A DNA stretch of 64,000 nucleotides from Acutalibacteraceae bacterium (lineage in GTDB: Bacteria > Bacillota > Clostridia > Oscillospirales > Acutalibacteraceae): assembly GCA_045539895.1 (NCBI GenBank), contig JAZQGE010000055.1, positions 1,733 to 65,732 on the forward strand. The letters are read 5' to 3'. Positions 38,437 through 47,230 of this stretch are shown piece after piece. Numbering within the stretch: the first letter of the stretch is position 1; the number at the start of each line of letters is the position of its first letter. Made by a program: the position numbers and the translations under genes. Below the pieces are notes generated by a model. The model saw nothing but the letters and a program-made list of their open reading frames with translations, did no database searches and had not been told where the DNA came from.

Positions 38437-38765
38437 AACTTTTCAGCAATCTTTACTGCAAGGTCGAAGGCATTTTCTTTACTGCGGAGCACGATTACTC
38501 CGTTCTGGACTGCCCTGAGCTTTGCATCGTCATCAAAAGCGGAGTTTTCAGTGAGCAGAATGCAAGCAACATCGGTAAGCACAGCCACACCGATTGAGTT
38601 GACATTGCCCATAACCGTAAGCCAGCAGTCGCCTTCATTTGCCTTGGACATTACCCAGCTGAGAAGGTCGCCGCAATAGCCGCCCATAACCTCTTTGTCT
38701 GCCGCCTTATCGCCGCAGCAAAGCACTTCAAGCGAAAAATCGTCTATCAGATTCTGTACTGTCAT
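38433..38765 (-). CDS. DRTGG-domain protein
   Basis: 110 aa. Small DRTGG-like domain (CWLTVMGNVNSIGVAVLTDVACILLTE...). Overlapping stop/start with both neighbours. Confidence 0.6.
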   Translation of the reverse strand: MTVQNLIDDFSLEVLCCGDKAADKEVMGGYCGDLLSWVMSKANEGDCWLTVMGNVNSIGVAVLTDVACILLTENSAFDDDAKLRAVQNGVIVLRSKENAFDLAVKIAEKL

Positions 38766-40078
38766 TTCAGATCCTCTCCTTTTATATATCCGTCGTCTGA
38801 CCTGTAGGGTGCAGGTATAAACTCAAGGTCAAGACCGCTGAGCTCTTCGCGCAGACGGAAAACACAGTCTGTTTCCTTTGCAAATCCGCGGACAATATCG
38901 TCTGCAAGTGCTGCACATGAGGGTGCACCGCAGGTGCCGCAGTCAAGACCGGGCAATCGCTTTAAAATTTGCTGTTTCTCGGCCATTTTTCTCATTGCAG
39001 CAGGCACGCTGTCCGCGAGCTTCATAATGTCGGTTGCAACAAGCGGTTTAGTCCAATACATTTCGTCGGGTACATCCGCAGTGTCAAGTCTGTTGCACGA
39101 AACAGGAAGATATTTGCGAAGGCGCTTCATTCTTGCTTTTGCAACATACGGGTTTTCGTATGTAAGCGAGCCGCCTACACAGCCGCCCGTACAGGCGTTA
39201 AGCTCAATAAAGTCAATGTTGTCGAGCTTTTCGTCCTCAATTTCGTTGAGAATTTTTATAACATTTTCAATTCCGTCTGCGGCAAGGCAGTTGTCGCGCA
39301 GAAGTGCACTTGCTTCTCCTCCGCTGCTTGCCCAGCTTACTCCGATAACACCAGAATCCTGAATTGTGTCAACTTCTTTCAGGTGGTTCATCTGTGAAAG
39401 CAGTGCGGGGTAAATTTCTTTGATTGCAAAGGCACCGTTGATGTTGGAGCCGCCAAGACAAATCGGCGCTCTGATAGCGGTCATTTTTGCAGGGCAGGGC
39501 GTAATAAAGAATACGCCGATGTCGCTGTCTTCAAGACCTGTTTCAGCCTTTGCTTTTTCTCTTGCAAGGCGTGCTGCTATTTCCATGGGAGAGTTAAGCG
39601 GCACAACATGGTCGATAAGATTGGGAAAGTTAACCCTGATAAGCCTGACTATTGCCGGACAGGCAGAGGAAATTGCAGGTGTTTTAATCTGCCCCTGCTC
39701 AAACATTTTTCTTGTTGCGTCGCTTACAAGCTCTGCACCCTTTGAAACCTCAAACACATCGTCAAAGCCAAGGCCTTTGAGCGCGGTGAGCACATAGTCA
39801 ACATCGTCAAGATTGTTGAACTGGCCGTAAAGCGCCGGAGCAGGAAGCGCAATTTTGTATTTGAATTCGTTTATTCTATCGAGCGGCTCATACTCCGCAT
39901 ATTTTGCGTGGTGCGGACAGACATTTATACATTCGCCGCAGTCTATACATCTTTCTTTTATGATGTGTGCTTTACCGCCGCGCACACGGATTGCACCTGT
40001 GGGGCAACGCTTGATGCAGTTGGTGCAGCCGCGGCATTTATCGCGGTCAAGTCGCACGGAGTGGTAATAATCAGCCAT
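38762..40078 (-). CDS. [FeFe]-hydrogenase-like protein, putative sensory type (2x[4Fe-4S] ferredoxin N-domain, H-cluster domain, C-terminal Fe-S domain)
   Basis: Ferredoxin motifs CRGCTNCIKRCP and CIDCGECINVCP. H-cluster-like motifs SSACP (versus canonical TSCCP), TPCPAK and ELNACTGGCVGG. C-terminal CGTCGAPSC. Start set at ATG 40078 (MADYYHSV, AAGGAGG upstream). Confidence 0.75.
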   Translation of the reverse strand: MADYYHSVRLDRDKCRGCTNCIKRCPTGAIRVRGGKAHIIKERCIDCGECINVCPHHAKYAEYEPLDRINEFKYKIALPAPALYGQFNNLDDVDYVLTALKGLGFDDVFEVSKGAELVSDATRKMFEQGQIKTPAISSACPAIVRLIRVNFPNLIDHVVPLNSPMEIAARLAREKAKAETGLEDSDIGVFFITPCPAKMTAIRAPICLGGSNINGAFAIKEIYPALLSQMNHLKEVDTIQDSGVIGVSWASSGGEASALLRDNCLAADGIENVIKILNEIEDEKLDNIDFIELNACTGGCVGGSLTYENPYVAKARMKRLRKYLPVSCNRLDTADVPDEMYWTKPLVATDIMKLADSVPAAMRKMAEKQQILKRLPGLDCGTCGAPSCAALADDIVRGFAKETDCVFRLREELSGLDLEFIPAPYRSDDGYIKGEDLK

Positions 40079-40091
40079 AATATGCCTCCTT

Positions 40092-40306
40092 TGAATTTTA
40101 TCTGCGAAGCATATAAAATTCAGCGAGATAAATCCCTTGCGGGATTTTCGATATATATGTCGATTCGATATGTTACTTAGCAACGCGATATATGCTGCGG
40201 CATGAGAACAGGATTTATCTCATATCGCAGGCAAGATTTATCTTGCCTATATCGCAACCGAATGCAATGAGGTTATATCGTATCTGCCATCAGGCAGATA
40301 TATCAA
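40092..40306 (+). repeat. ATATCG-rich structured intergenic repeat, copy B (antisense to the surrounding operon)
   Basis: Colinear with copy A. Hairpins: TGAATTTTAT/ATAAAATTCA, AAATCCC/GGGATTT, ATGC/GCAT inside GCGATAT.../CATATCGC, AGGCAAGA/TCTTGCCT, and TATCTGCC/GGCAGATA. Stem sequences differ from copy A but pairing is maintained. Confidence 0.8.
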
Positions 40307-40312
40307 TTAATT

Positions 40313-40738
40313 TTAAAATGCGTTGATTTTAAGTGTCATAACAGTACCGACACCAAGCTCGGTCTGAATGTCCATTTCATCGCTGTATTTTTTGATGTTG
40401 GGCAGGCCCATGCCTGCGCCAAAGCCAAGCGCACGAATTCGATCGGGCGCTGTTGAATATCCCTCCTGCATTGCAAGTTCAACATTTTCAATGCCGGGGC
40501 CGTGGTCGGTCAGCACAACCTTTACATATTCGGGTGTGATTTCAACATCAATCTCACCGCCGCCTGCGTGAATTACAAGGTTGATCTCAGCCTCGTAAAC
40601 TGCAATCGCCGTGTTGCGTACTGCCTCAGGCGGAAAGCCTATATCCTTGAGTGTCTTTTTGATTTTGCCCGATGCTTCGCCCGCCCTTGTAAAGTCGGTG
40701 CCGTCCACTTCGTAATGCTGTTTAATAACTTCACTCAT
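40313..40738 (-). CDS. Anti-sigma-factor-like serine kinase (HATPase_c family ATP-binding protein)
   Basis: About 141 aa. HATPase motifs YEAEINLVIHA (N-box-like), DHGPGI (G1) and GFGAGMGLPN (G2). Start set at ATG 40738 (MSEVIKQ). Confidence 0.7.
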   Translation of the reverse strand: MSEVIKQHYEVDGTDFTRAGEASGKIKKTLKDIGFPPEAVRNTAIAVYEAEINLVIHAGGGEIDVEITPEYVKVVLTDHGPGIENVELAMQEGYSTAPDRIRALGFGAGMGLPNIKKYSDEMDIQTELGVGTVMTLKINAF

Positions 40739-41090
40739 GGTAACGGTGTGCACCTCCTCGCAGACCGTTTTCATAAAGAATACCGCAGGAAGTGAACATC
40801 TCTCGCTTTGTCCTGAGCAGAGGGATGCCGTTTTCTTCTGCAAGTTCAATCATGCTTTCGTCAGGTTTTTTGCCTCTTACGAAAACTATGCACTTCATAT
40901 CCATCATTTCGGCGGTGCGGACAACCTGAGGGTTGACAAGACCTGTCAGAAGCACAGCCTGCTCCTTGACATAGGCGAGCACATCGCTCATCATATCACT
41001 GCCGCAGGCAGAGATTACATCTCTGTCAAGAAATTCTTCGCCGTAAATAAGCTCGGCATCAAGAACTTTCATAATTTCGGAAACTTTCAT
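40731..41090 (-). CDS. DRTGG-domain protein
   Basis: 119 aa. LLTGLVNPQVVRTAEMMDMKCIVFVRGKKP is the DRTGG-type motif. Confidence 0.65.
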   Translation of the reverse strand: MKVSEIMKVLDAELIYGEEFLDRDVISACGSDMMSDVLAYVKEQAVLLTGLVNPQVVRTAEMMDMKCIVFVRGKKPDESMIELAEENGIPLLRTKREMFTSCGILYENGLRGGAHRYHE

Positions 41091-41142
41091 AATCGGTTTT
41101 CCTTTCGGTTTATATTTTTGGAAAATTTTTTATTAATCTTAT

Positions 41143-41997
41143 TCAGCAGCACTGTTTCTTCGCTGTTTTCTGTTTGATTTTGCCTGCAATACTGAAAAGC
41201 ACAAACATTACTGCGTTTACAGCAACAACGCTTGCGCCCGTCGGCAAATCAAAGCGGTATGCTGCAACAAAGCCGATGAAAAAGCTCAGCGCCGAAACAA
41301 CGGCAGAGCACATCACAACTCCGCGGAAGCTGCGGAAAAATCGCATTGCGGTGAGCGACGGGAAAATCAGCAGAGAGGAAATGAGGATTGCACCCATAAG
41401 CCTCATGCCCACAACAATAGTGACTGCGGTTAATATTGCAACAACCGTGTTGTAAAAAGAAACCTTTGTGCCTGTTGCCTTTGCAAAGCTTTCGTCAAAG
41501 GTGACACTGAAAATTCCGTTGTACATAAGCAGATACATCAGTATAACAACTGCAGAAAGCGCAATGCTTATAATCACATCGGATTTATCAATTGCAACAA
41601 TACTGCCGAACATATAACTGCCAACATCAATGTTGACATTGCCAGCAAGCTTAACCGTCAGCACACCAACCGCAATTGCCGTACCTGAAATGAGGGCGAT
41701 TGCGCTGTCGCCGTTAATGCGGCTGTTTCGGCTTATGCGAAGAAGAAAGAATGCCGCAACAATTACAACAGGGATTGCAATTTTAAGCGGTGCAATACCG
41801 GCTGCCGCGGCGACACAGAGTGCGCCGTAGCCTACATGTGAAAGTCCGTCGCCAATCATTGAAAAGCGCTTGAGCACAAGCACCGAGCCGAGCAGTGCCG
41901 CACACAGTGACACAAGAATGCCTACAAGCAGCGGAACGGTTAAAAATGAATATGAAAATATTTCGGTTATAGCTGTAATAAATGACATTTGGTTCAC
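41143..41997 (-). CDS. Metal (Zn/Mn) ABC transporter permease, ABC-3 family
   Basis: 284 aa with 8-9 TM segments. ABC-3 pattern (LKRFSMIGDGLSHVGYGA...). No cognate ATPase or substrate-binding gene is adjacent. Confidence 0.8.
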   Translation of the reverse strand: MNQMSFITAITEIFSYSFLTVPLLVGILVSLCAALLGSVLVLKRFSMIGDGLSHVGYGALCVAAAAGIAPLKIAIPVVIVAAFFLLRISRNSRINGDSAIALISGTAIAVGVLTVKLAGNVNIDVGSYMFGSIVAIDKSDVIISIALSAVVILMYLLMYNGIFSVTFDESFAKATGTKVSFYNTVVAILTAVTIVVGMRLMGAILISSLLIFPSLTAMRFFRSFRGVVMCSAVVSALSFFIGFVAAYRFDLPTGASVVAVNAVMFVLFSIAGKIKQKTAKKQCC

Positions 41998-42010
41998 CTA
42001 AATTTGTTTA

Positions 42011-42032
42011 ATGAATTGATAAATCAATTCAT
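42011..42032. promoter_or_regulatory. Perfect 10-2-10 palindrome just upstream of the permease RBS (candidate metalloregulator operator or RNA hairpin)
   Basis: ATGAATTGAT-AA-ATCAATTCAT lies 14-35 nt upstream of the start codon at 41997. Its function is inferred only from position and symmetry. Confidence 0.3.
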
Positions 42033-42450
42033 CGTAAATTACATCTCATACTTTTCAGAACATACATGAATTTATGCGGATAAATCCGCAGTTACTTTTG
42101 TCACGCGTTACAAAAGTAACCAAAAGAACTTTTTTAAGTTATAAGCACTCCACTACGGCTGACTAAATCAAATCCGCTCGGTTCAGCAGAACACAAAGGT
42201 GTGTTCTGCCACCGTAACGGCGGCGAAAATAAATCTGACATTCAGGCTTAATCTGTCCGCCTACGGTTCCCTCGCTCGTATCTGTGAATAAAGTGTAATA
42301 TCGTCAGCCTGTTCCGTTCGGGGTCACAGCATTATCATTTACAGGTACATAGCAGAGAACGGTCTTAACCGTTCCGCCGTAAAATTCATATGAATTCTAA
42401 AATATATATCTGTCATTCTGAACGCAAGTGAAGAATCTTGTTTAACTGTT

Positions 42451-43029
42451 TTAAAAAGTATATGTTTCGGGACAAACTTCCATAATCTTTTCACGAAGTG
42501 CAAGAAAATCCTCAAGCGCTTCGGGCTTTTGTCTGGGGTTACGGAGCAATGCTGCAGGGTGGAAGGTGCCCATCATAAGTGTACCGTTTTTCTCAATGAA
42601 CTGACCGTGCTGTTTGGTCACCTTGAAATCGGGTGATATAAGGCGGGTTGCAGAAATTCTGCCAAGGCACACAATGATTTTGGGCTTGAGCAGTCTTGTC
42701 TGTTCGCGAAGCCAGCCAATGCACATATCCTGCTCTGCGGGCAGAGGATCGCGGTTCTGCGGAGGGCGGCATTTTACCATGTTTGCAATGTAGATGTTCT
42801 TTTTTCTGTCAAGGTCAACGGCGGCAAGGAATTTGTCAAGAAGCTGACCGCCTCTGCCGACAAACGGCTCACCCTGCAGGTCCTCGTTCGCGCCGGGACC
42901 TTCACCTATGAAAAGTACCTTTGCATTTTCATTGCCCACTCCGAAAACAAGCTTTGTTCTTGTTTTTCCAAGCTCGCATTTCTGACAGCCCATGCAGTCA
43001 TTTTTGAGCTGTTCCCAATTATCATACAT
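42451..43029 (-). CDS. Uracil-DNA glycosylase, family 4
   Basis: 192 aa. [23 protein letters not shown] motif. N-terminal Cys pattern C..C for the Fe-S cluster. HPAALLR near the C-terminus. Confidence 0.85.
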   Translation of the reverse strand: MYDNWEQLKNDCMGCQKCELGKTRTKLVFGVGNENAKVLFIGEGPGANEDLQGEPFVGRGGQLLDKFLAAVDLDRKKNIYIANMVKCRPPQNRDPLPAEQDMCIGWLREQTRLLKPKIIVCLGRISATRLISPDFKVTKQHGQFIEKNGTLMMGTFHPAALLRNPRQKPEALEDFLALREKIMEVCPETYTF

Positions 43030-43041
43030 AAAAATTACTCC

Positions 43042-44121
43042 CTAAAGCCGCTCTACAGTGAAATCGAGGTCTGCAATGCGGCTGATATTTTCTTCGTCAC
43101 AGCAGGTGATGAAAACCTGTCTGTTCTCAAAATGTTTTACAAGATATTTTTGCCTTTGCGGATCAAGCTCACTGAAAACATCGTCAAGCAGAATGACAGG
43201 CTCTTCACCCGTAACCTGTGTTATGATGTCCGCTTCTGCAAGCTTTAAGGAAAGTGCAGCAGAGCGTTGCTGACCCTGTGAGCCGAACTGTCTTGCGCTC
43301 TTGCCCGAAAGCTCAACGGAAAAATCCTCGCGGTGAGCACCTACGCTTGTTGTGCAGTGTTCAATATCCGTCTGCCTTTTTTCATACAGTGCCTTCATAA
43401 GGCTTTCGGCAATTTCTTTTCTGCCCTTTGCTTTTTCGCGGGCATATTCTTTATATCTGAGTTCGAGCATTTCCTTGCCCGAAGAAATTTCGTTGTAAGT
43501 TTTGCAGGCAAAGTCCTTCAATTTTTCAAGGTAGTTCATCCTGCTGTCAATTATAATTGCGCCTTTTTTTGCAAGCTCCACGTCCCATATATCGAGCATG
43601 GCAAGCATTGCAGGGTTTTCTCTTGCGGCATGCAGTGTTGCATTGCGCTGTTTTAGTGCCTTGCCGTATTCAAGTATTGTTTTTGCGTAGTTGGGTTTAA
43701 GCTGGCTGAGCGCAATGTCCAGAAACTTTCTGCGCTCGTCCGGTCCTTCTTTAATAATTGATAGGTGAAGCGGAGTGAACACAACACTTGTAAATTCACC
43801 CATCATCTTTCTGCCCGACGGCAGGTTGATACCGTTCAACGAAAAGTGTCTTTTGTCGTCAATTTTAATCTCTGCCTCTTTGTTTCTGCTGCCTGAGAAA
43901 AACTCCATTTTAAGCTTTGCCTCATCGCAGTCAAATTGCACAACATCCTTATCCTTTGTACTGCGGAAGCTGCGGCAGCCCGTAAAAAGCCAGATGCTTT
44001 CAATAAGGTTTGTTTTGCCCAGTCCGTTTTCACCGCAAATGATGTTGACCCCACTGCCCGGATTATATTCACGGGCAGTGAGGTTGCGGAAGTTTTCGGT
44101 TTTCAGGCTGATAACCTTCAT
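43042..44121 (-). CDS. recF: DNA replication and repair protein RecF
   Basis: 359 aa. N-terminal FRNL...GENGLGKTNLIESI Walker A. Signature SQGQQRS. Walker B ILLDDVFSELD. Confidence 0.93.
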   Translation of the reverse strand: MKVISLKTENFRNLTAREYNPGSGVNIICGENGLGKTNLIESIWLFTGCRSFRSTKDKDVVQFDCDEAKLKMEFFSGSRNKEAEIKIDDKRHFSLNGINLPSGRKMMGEFTSVVFTPLHLSIIKEGPDERRKFLDIALSQLKPNYAKTILEYGKALKQRNATLHAARENPAMLAMLDIWDVELAKKGAIIIDSRMNYLEKLKDFACKTYNEISSGKEMLELRYKEYAREKAKGRKEIAESLMKALYEKRQTDIEHCTTSVGAHREDFSVELSGKSARQFGSQGQQRSAALSLKLAEADIITQVTGEEPVILLDDVFSELDPQRQKYLVKHFENRQVFITCCDEENISRIADLDFTVERL

Positions 44122-44139
44122 TTTACACCAACTGATAAT

Positions 44140-45063
44140 TTATCTGATAATCTTACCTTTATCAAAGAGAATTACGCCGAAGCCGTGACCTGTTTTGCCG
44201 CCTGCTTCAACATATTCTGCAAAAGCTCTGCGCAGAGAATTATCTCTGGGCCACTGCTCAACAGGAAGGTCGGAGAAGCGTTCAAAAATTCTCCAGCCGT
44301 CGTTGAATTCTTCTTTTTCCTCTTGTTCAAGCAGTTCAAAATCGCGGATGAATTTTGCTGTGTTGCTCTTTTCAGGCAGGAAGTCAAGATACTTATCATA
44401 AAGCAGCCATGAGCCGCAGCCGAAGAGGATCGGGCCGTCGCCGAATTCGCCTTTGAAGAATTCCTGAGCCTTTTTGTATGCGTCAAATCTTACCTCATCT
44501 GTAAGCGGAACACCCGATGAGGGGATGTGGAAGTTTACATATTTGTCGCCTGCGTGAAGCACATGTCCGCTTGAAAGCACCTTTCCGTCGTGCTTTTCGT
44601 CAAGCTCTCGAAGCTCAAACTGGAATCTGCCAAGTGCAAAGCGGTCAACCTCATACTGACCGTGGAACCAGCCGCCAACAAATGTACCCCAGCAGTTTTC
44701 GCAGTCGCGGCACTCGATAAGCTTATACTTGAGGTCGCACATAAGATCGTAATACATATCATCGCTCAGACCTTTTTCGCGGTAGCGCTTGAGAAGCTCC
44801 TCGCTGCAGCAAAGCAGGAAAACCATGTGCATTGTCTGCTCCGGCTTGTTCATTTTCTTTGCGAGCTCTGTCACTTTTTCGAGCGACTTGCCAAGCTCAT
44901 TTGCCCAGGGGAACATATATTCCTCATATATTTTATCAAATTCATCGCCCCACTCCTTGTTGTCATCAAGAAGCTGGAATACTTTTGTGAAGCAGTACTG
45001 TGCCTCTGCAGGGAAACCGATTTTTTCCATAATTTCACGGTTGAACTGAGAATTGTGAAGCAT
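44140..45063 (-). CDS. Conserved hypothetical protein (possibly acyltransferase-like; function not established)
   Basis: 307-aa soluble protein with no motif I can assign confidently. It resembles clostridial proteins annotated as acyltransferase-domain/DUF proteins, but this is from memory only. Confidence 0.3.
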   Translation of the reverse strand: MLHNSQFNREIMEKIGFPAEAQYCFTKVFQLLDDNKEWGDEFDKIYEEYMFPWANELGKSLEKVTELAKKMNKPEQTMHMVFLLCCSEELLKRYREKGLSDDMYYDLMCDLKYKLIECRDCENCWGTFVGGWFHGQYEVDRFALGRFQFELRELDEKHDGKVLSSGHVLHAGDKYVNFHIPSSGVPLTDEVRFDAYKKAQEFFKGEFGDGPILFGCGSWLLYDKYLDFLPEKSNTAKFIRDFELLEQEEKEEFNDGWRIFERFSDLPVEQWPRDNSLRRAFAEYVEAGGKTGHGFGVILFDKGKIIR

Positions 45064-45116
45064 AAGTTGTAATTCCTCTCTATGTTTTAAATTTATAATT
45101 TTTTTTAAATTATTTT

Positions 45117-45281
45117 GTGTACGGTCACTCGATATATTGTGCTAATCGCTCAATTCGATATAAATCCTTTTGTCTTGTGCCGGCAGGCACATATCGAGCC
45201 GAAGGCATATCGAGTCGCTGAAAGCAACATATCGAAAATCCGCAAGGATTTATATAGAGGCAATTTATTCTGATAAATTGC
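45117..45281 (-). repeat. ATATCG-rich structured intergenic repeat, copy C (shorter, minus orientation)
   Basis: The reverse complement aligns with copies A and B. Hairpins: GCAATTTAT/ATAAATTGC, AAATCC/GGATTT and GTGCC/GGCAC. ATATCG motifs recur. The terminal TATATCGAGTGACC matches copy A. The first hairpin abuts the GH127 stop codon. Confidence 0.7.
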
Positions 45282-45282
45282 A

Positions 45283-47100
45283 TTATTTCCTTGTCATCCA
45301 GATAATCATATCCGTTTCGCCGCGGTTAGCATAGGCATAGTACGGTATGAGCTTTATTGTCTGCGGCTCAAAGTTTTCGTCCCAGTCATAATAAAGCTCG
45401 TCAGATTCAGGCTTGATATAACCGTCAAGCTCAACTGTCATAACACCCATTCGGTTATCGTCGCTGACTCTTGCAGCTTTGGTCGGGTCAACATAAAGTC
45501 CCTTGAGCGGGAGCGGATTGTCCACACCCTCTGCACAGTAAACAATCGGACCTCTTTGTACGGCAATTCTGCCGCAGCACTGACGCACTTTCGGGTTAGC
45601 CTGAACATAGCGTACGGGCATATCCATTTCGAAATTTATAACGTCACCGTCGGTGACATCAATGTAAATGTAACCGTTTTTCTTTGCGTATTCTTCCTTG
45701 TTTCTGAGCATACAGCTCTTGCACCAGCCGGGAATACGGATTGCAAGAGTGAAGTTGCCTGAACAGGTGATTTCAACCTCGCCGCTTTTCGGATAAACAG
45801 TCTTTACGGAAATTTTCTTGTTACCGTCTTCAAATTCGCCGCAGATAAACTGGTGAAGCCAGATTGTATCTTCATTTGCCGTGCAGGCAAGCTCACCTAC
45901 CGAAGCAATAAGCCTTGTCACATTGGGCGGACAGCAGGAGCAGTCAAACACCTCAAGTCGCTGCGTAATCGGATAGAAGGGCTTGTGTCTGTTATCGTGA
46001 GGGTTATTGATTCCTATAAGGTCAACTTCAATTGAGTTGTCGTAGAAGAAGCCCTTACCGTCAAGTGATAAGCCGCAGAGAAAGCCGTTATAAAGCGCAA
46101 GCTCTGCAATGTCGGCATATTTTCTGTCGGGCTTTATTGCGTACATGCGTTTTGCGAAAAGAACAAGACCTATATCGGCACAGGTTTCGCAATAAGATGA
46201 GGTTTCAGGCAGGTCATAGTCGCCGAGGAAGGCTTCGCCGACGCAGGTCTGACCAAGACCGCCTGTGATATACATGCGTTTTTTAGCCATAGAATCAAAA
46301 AGTTTATCTGCCGCATTGAAAAGTGATTCGTCGCCGTATGCTGCGGCAAGGTCTGCCATGGCGCAGTAAAGATAAACCGCACGCACGCTGTGTCCGACAG
46401 CGTCTGTCTGCTCTCTTACCGGAACATGAGCCTGAGAATAAAACTCCTCTTCTGTTTTGCCTCTCTCTTCAATGAAGTGGCGGCTCAGCTCAAGATAGCG
46501 TTTTTTGCCCGTAGCCTGCCACAGCTTAACAAGCGCAAGCTCAATTTCTTCGTGACCGGGGCTGTAAAATTCTGCCCACTTGTCGGTGACAAATGCCTTT
46601 TCAATCATGTCGGCATAGTCGCACATCAGCTTTAAAAATTTGTCTTTGCCGGTTGCGTTGTAATATGCGACAGCCGCCTCCATAAGATGACCTGCACAGT
46701 AAAGCTCGTGGTTGTGCCTTGCGGTGAATCTGTCCTCAGGCTCGAAAAGAATGTAGCTGATGTTGAAATACCCGTCGTCCATACGGTTTTTCTCAATCAG
46801 GTCAACAACCTCATCAATTATTTTTTCAAGGTCCGGCGCAGGTGTTTTTTCTGTTATGTATGCCGCGCTTTCAATCCACTTTGCAATGTCAGAATCCCAG
46901 AATATGTGAGGGCGGTTGGGGTCGCCGTCCTTCCAGTCAAGTTTAAAGGCGTCAAACCTGCCTGTTTCCTTGAAACGGTCGTAAACGCTGTGAATTGTCA
47001 CCTCGCGGTTGATTTTCTGCTTCTCTGCCCAGAATCCGCCTGTGACAGCTGTATTTTTAAGAGGTATAGTTTTGCTAATTGCTTGCATATTAAGAGTCAC
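45283..47100 (-). CDS. Glycoside hydrolase family 127 (beta-L-arabinofuranosidase-like, DUF1680)
   Basis: 605 aa. HELYCAGHLMEAAVAYYNATG motif. Conserved Cys cluster region (FDCSCCPPN) typical of GH127. Confidence 0.8.
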   Translation of the reverse strand: MTLNMQAISKTIPLKNTAVTGGFWAEKQKINREVTIHSVYDRFKETGRFDAFKLDWKDGDPNRPHIFWDSDIAKWIESAAYITEKTPAPDLEKIIDEVVDLIEKNRMDDGYFNISYILFEPEDRFTARHNHELYCAGHLMEAAVAYYNATGKDKFLKLMCDYADMIEKAFVTDKWAEFYSPGHEEIELALVKLWQATGKKRYLELSRHFIEERGKTEEEFYSQAHVPVREQTDAVGHSVRAVYLYCAMADLAAAYGDESLFNAADKLFDSMAKKRMYITGGLGQTCVGEAFLGDYDLPETSSYCETCADIGLVLFAKRMYAIKPDRKYADIAELALYNGFLCGLSLDGKGFFYDNSIEVDLIGINNPHDNRHKPFYPITQRLEVFDCSCCPPNVTRLIASVGELACTANEDTIWLHQFICGEFEDGNKKISVKTVYPKSGEVEITCSGNFTLAIRIPGWCKSCMLRNKEEYAKKNGYIYIDVTDGDVINFEMDMPVRYVQANPKVRQCCGRIAVQRGPIVYCAEGVDNPLPLKGLYVDPTKAARVSDDNRMGVMTVELDGYIKPESDELYYDWDENFEPQTIKLIPYYAYANRGETDMIIWMTRK

Positions 47101-47230
47101 CCGCCGAATTTATTAGTAACATTTGACAAAAATATATTTGACAAATATATTATAATACTCTAATATAACTATATAGAAGATAAACCGTTTTGTCAACGGA
47201 TTTTTTTGCAAAAAACAGGGAGGTTAACTT

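Noticed and set aside
41998-42450. Known riboswitch, tmRNA, SRP RNA, RNase P or 6S RNA in the long spacer
   Set aside because: Hallmark sequences were not found on either strand. Examples are the B12 box, the T-box AGGGTGGTACCGCG, SRP GGAAGGAAGCAGC, RNase P GAGGAAAGTCC and the tmRNA tRNA-like end. The region is therefore reported only as an unclassified structured candidate.
47190-47215. Small hairpin CCGTT-TTGTC-AACGG followed by ATTTTTTT in the 5' region of the large glycosidase gene, as a possible attenuator
   Set aside because: The stem is only 5 bp. That is too weak to call a terminator or attenuator without expression data.
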